Virus record (IMG/VR): IMGVR_UViG_3300031841_005656
Length of the DNA stretch: 20,000 nt
Direction: 5' to 3' (one strand)
Source of the DNA: an uncultured virus (IMG/VR IMGVR_UViG_3300031841_005656)
Lineage: Duplodnaviria; Heunggongvirae; Uroviricota; Caudoviricetes
In this document: positions 17,801 through 20,000 of the stretch, piece by piece
Numbering within the stretch: position 1 is the stretch's first letter
Layout of the letters: each line of letters starts with the position of its first letter
Notes under the pieces: generated by a model
What the model saw: the letters and a program-made list of their open reading frames with translations, nothing else
Databases searched by the model: none
What the model was told of the DNA's origin: nothing
Made by a program: the position numbers and the translations under genes

Positions 17801-18089
17801 TTTGCCTTATTTTGAAGCTTCTTTTCCAGATATACAAGCAAATGATGAAAATTATTATATAAATATTGATTTTTCATCTTTAGCGGTGGCGAATGGAGTT
17901 ACTTTTACTAATACAGGCGGTTATATAGTAGAAGTTTTCAAGTCTTCAGGTGAGCGAATAAGATTTTCTCTTTCAGGTCACGACAATACTACGGCTTCGG
18001 TATTAATAGGAAGCCTAAAAAGTCAGTCCAATTTAAGTGTAGATATATATCGTTATGATCCATCTTTTAAAGTAGATGTAGGGTTTTAA
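14892..18089 (+). CDS. J: Tip attachment / central tail hub protein J (lambda gpJ-like, N-terminal hub part) (1065 aa)
   Basis: Motifs IDLLTEGEIAGL, IYLNDAPV, YPNSSLIG, VPSNYNPETRSYDGNWDGSFK, WTDNPAWVFYDL, VDKWNLYSVGKYCDEFVP, EPRFRCN, GVTSRAQAHRLAKW, LKPGDVIKVQD and GGRI. Confidence 0.96.
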   Translation: MPNNPKQNIYDVENLDEALTFKRVCPLADLSHYNGHINLESVSFYQTIDLLTEGEIAGLCDKHGTLLKLTNDTNGNEDGLKGIYLNDAPVKNTDANTLNFNRVFADFKTGSKNQTGLAKSNNTSLSFDKAAVTSNFNVMLPGLASSQSIVTGKGDTFNVVGEGGSPYNLCRVWNTISTDGKFGVGAFGRNFVYNIKDANTIDKVKTAEKAQVISINHVITNDNVNEVQINMVTNGLRYSHSDGDISNAAVNFVIKVGYVDDEVTLASGEGSVIYLICGIEGKLSSPYARTYNVPLPVSGSAKRDRVVKIFRVDRELRLPIKFQKSLGVQNISEIVKGTYTYPNSSLIGMVFDARAFAQPPSRRFDVKMTKVSVPSNYNPETRSYDGNWDGSFKNSKEWTDNPAWVFYDLATNKRYGVGKYGFKSEFVDKWNLYSVGKYCDEFVPTGYSGKYGNMDFTCSSGGVVITIDDSSNTKGADKMLERYPEGGIVCLFDLKNSSSENLDKASKRVIINPSYNTSDNTFSFKIVKIPDAEYVLKEYPDVKADYLLQAQGSKLDTQKFLIDYLIHKQNTSSTFVADYRAGEPLDLGVTNGSSATQFYGFKNLVEPRFRCNLFLDRKQNAFNALNDIAAIFRGMIYWSSGYISVSNDQSREAVMLFTNANVADGQFVYSGSAETSRSTAVIVRFNDENDSYKPKTEYLEDPASVRQYGYIDKEIIALGVTSRAQAHRLAKWMLYTNQTETDTIQFTTGQEGSYLKPGDVIKVQDKLKTSKRYGGRIKGIDYGEKTLTLDEGIQENIVNQKITVIVPRENKTIRSLNKKAESKIRIAIKNQEVNEGIPDSDLDSSREPQIKQFTIASVSETNVITISETTDEDFNLIKKGFIWSVQNTNTDYEIEEVEYRIIGITEQNSNQYQVTGMMYNRTKFAAVDESRSIENTQQSKSNISVGALPTPLSGDTPISITNVTILKGAILPYFEASFPDIQANDENYYINIDFSSLAVANGVTFTNTGGYIVEVFKSSGERIRFSLSGHDNTTASVLIGSLKSQSNLSVDIYRYDPSFKVDVGF
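18034..18041 (+). promoter_or_regulatory. TAAGTGTA motif, candidate phage late promoter element
   Basis: atttaagtgtagatatata, 50 nt upstream of ATG18092. Confidence 0.35.
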
Positions 18090-18091
18090 AT

Positions 18092-20000
18092 ATGCCAAAA
18101 TTTAACAAATTTATTTCGCAATCTCCTGTAGACTATGGGGCGGCTCTACAAATATCAGGTTTTCATATATCTAATGAAAATAAGAACGCACCTACTTTAG
18201 AACCATTTCCTTATAACTCTCAGTTGCCATTATTTACTGGGGGTACAGGAATAGACCCTTCTATTAAGGTTGCAAGTGGAGAATTTTTTATTGAAAATCC
18301 ATTGATAAAATGGAGCCTGTTGAATCCTAGCGATGATAGTGTTTTCCTAGATTCAGATTTAGAAACTTTATCTGCTTTTAGCGGATTTAAGGTTACATTA
18401 AAGGGAGAAACAGGGCAGTTTGTTTCGCAGTTATATACAGGAGGTTACAAATCTAATCAAATTCAATTAGATTCCTCTATGCTATTTGACGCTTTTTCTG
18501 CGGCTGAAGCAGATTCTGTTGATTATTATAGTTACAGAAGATTTCAGTTGGAAGTTGTATCGCGCGATTACTATGGAAGAGAGAATACTGGAATATACTT
18601 TTTAAATAATCGTCAACCTGATATAACTGGTGGCAATACTACTATTGGCGCTAATACAATAACCTTCGATCTAGCATGCACAAAAAATTCTGGCCTCAAG
18701 TCGATATATGTTTATGCATCGCCTTTTTCTGACTATAGTATAATTGATGTATCTGGAAAACAGTCTCCAGCTTTTACTTATCAATTTAGTGTAGATGGTG
18801 GCGAGCAGTCTAATTTACACTTTACGATCAATCCGCCGCAAAGCTCTGGGTACTTTTATAGTGCTGTAGCTGAAGACACTTTTGGAACTGGCGAATCTTA
18901 CTATTACCCTTCTTCAGTTAGACCTTACACGATAGATCCTTTTATATTTAATGTTGAAACTAGCGGTTTAAATGGAAAGGTTATAGCCGCACGTGATACT
19001 TTTAATAAAAACGTAGATGCCCAAGTAATAGCTAAATTTTCAAAAGATCTTTCTCCAGCTCAAAAATCTTATCAAATTCAAATTGTTGAGAGCGGAAACT
19101 TATATGATAAAACTGATTACCTTAACATAGAACCTCCTCAAGTAAAAGGTATTCAAGCTTTTATACATGGTACGGGAACAGGCAGATTAGATAAGCAATT
19201 TTTTGATGTAAATACTACAGCTCAAGATTATGCTTACAGTGGTACCGCAGCAACTCCCATATTTTCCACGTATCAAACCACAGGGCTGCAGTGGTTAGAT
19301 CATACCATAATATTGAATCAAGCCAGCAATATGCCATTTGGTTTTGCTACAGGTCAAACTGAAGTTTTTGAGGTGGCTATCGCAGCAGGCAATACTGAAA
19401 GTTCTAGGATTTTTTGGGGTGGAGAGTTTAATACTGGGTCAGACGAATATCAATTTAATCCAGCTGCAATTTCTGTTTCAGGGAATGCTTTTATAGGCAG
19501 TTATTTAACCGGAAGGACTGGGAATTTAACTTATGACACTTCTGGTCCAAGCGGACCTAGTGGACCAAGCGGTCCTGAAGCAGGAACGGGAGGTTTATTA
19601 GAGGGCTTAACTGGAACTTTAGTTGTTACAAATTATTCTGGTTTGATTATACCAGAATATGAGCCTCATTTTGTATATCCGGTGCATCCTTATGCAGATT
19701 ATGAGTTCTCTGTTCGTACCATTTTTGGCAATGAATATTCTGAATTTTCTAATCCTCTAAAATTTACTTCTGGGGATATAATCGGTGGAATTACCGGAGC
19801 TGGATTTGAAACTGGTTTATTCAATGGCGGCACTAATAGTGGTGTCGCTGTTTACAACGCAACTCAAGATAATTTAAATATTAGTCAATATGTTACTCTT
19901 GATGATGCAGGCATTCCTGTTCAAATCGAAAAAGCTGGAACATCAAATGAAAAAGAAACTTTACTATTATTAAAAGCAGCAACAAGCAATAGGCCTTCTA
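18092..20000 (+). CDS. Large FN3/Ig-containing tail fibre-like protein, 3'-truncated (>636 aa; absent from the supplied ORF track)
   Basis: Manual translation from ATG18092 (MPKFNKFISQSPVDYGAALQISGF...) is open to the window end. FN3-like signatures: IKWSL...FSGFKVTL...RRFQLEVVSRDYYG, YFYSAVAEDTFGTG, SYQIQI...YEFSVRTIFGNEYSEFSNP. Confidence 0.8.
   Translation, partial: MPKFNKFISQSPVDYGAALQISGFHISNENKNAPTLEPFPYNSQLPLFTGGTGIDPSIKVASGEFFIENPLIKWSLLNPSDDSVFLDSDLETLSAFSGFKVTLKGETGQFVSQLYTGGYKSNQIQLDSSMLFDAFSAAEADSVDYYSYRRFQLEVVSRDYYGRENTGIYFLNNRQPDITGGNTTIGANTITFDLACTKNSGLKSIYVYASPFSDYSIIDVSGKQSPAFTYQFSVDGGEQSNLHFTINPPQSSGYFYSAVAEDTFGTGESYYYPSSVRPYTIDPFIFNVETSGLNGKVIAARDTFNKNVDAQVIAKFSKDLSPAQKSYQIQIVESGNLYDKTDYLNIEPPQVKGIQAFIHGTGTGRLDKQFFDVNTTAQDYAYSGTAATPIFSTYQTTGLQWLDHTIILNQASNMPFGFATGQTEVFEVAIAAGNTESSRIFWGGEFNTGSDEYQFNPAAISVSGNAFIGSYLTGRTGNLTYDTSGPSGPSGPSGPEAGTGGLLEGLTGTLVVTNYSGLIIPEYEPHFVYPVHPYADYEFSVRTIFGNEYSEFSNPLKFTSGDIIGGITGAGFETGLFNGGTNSGVAVYNATQDNLNISQYVTLDDAGIPVQIEKAGTSNEKETLLLLKAATSNRPS
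19541..19579 (+). repeat. Short collagen-like 9-nt tandem repeat encoding S(GPS)3GPE
   Basis: tct ggt cca agc gga cct agt gga cca agc ggt cct gaa. Confidence 0.85.

Noticed and set aside
1..20000. Alternative genetic code (TAG/TGA recoding), suggested by all-TAA stops
   Set aside because: All genes are full-length and tightly packed under the standard code with no in-frame TAG/TGA, so there is no positive evidence for recoding.
1..20000. CRISPR arrays, tRNA/rRNA genes, intrinsic terminators, introns/inteins
   Set aside because: There is almost no intergenic space and no regularly spaced repeats, and no hairpin+U tract was seen at gene ends. The L and J insertions lack intein (C...HN) or homing endonuclease signatures.

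Overview
The whole window is one + strand, almost gap-free virion tail operon of an AT-rich tailed dsDNA phage (or prophage) with a lambda-type non-contractile tail tip. It begins inside the tape measure gene and ends inside a fibre-like gene. The lambda order H-M-L-K-I-J is recognisable but heavily elaborated. Two paralogous tube/hub-like genes and a fibre gene lie between the tape measure gene and M. M is an internally duplicated fusion, (CBM-like + gpM)x2. A 1059-aa Ig/FN3/gp38-like polyglycine/LamG-like adhesin lies between M and L. L carries a ~240-aa nested insertion between its Fe-S cysteines. K is reduced to a JAB domain next to a di-Gly Ubl-type gpI. J has a ~155-aa insertion and is followed by a separate FN3-rich gene. 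Two sequence-level signals stand out: a strong excess of Ser/Thr-Gly dipeptides in predicted surface proteins, and a TAAGTGTA/GTGTA motif upstream of several gene starts. All family assignments come from manual motif recognition, not database searches. No RNA genes, CRISPR arrays or mobile elements were seen.
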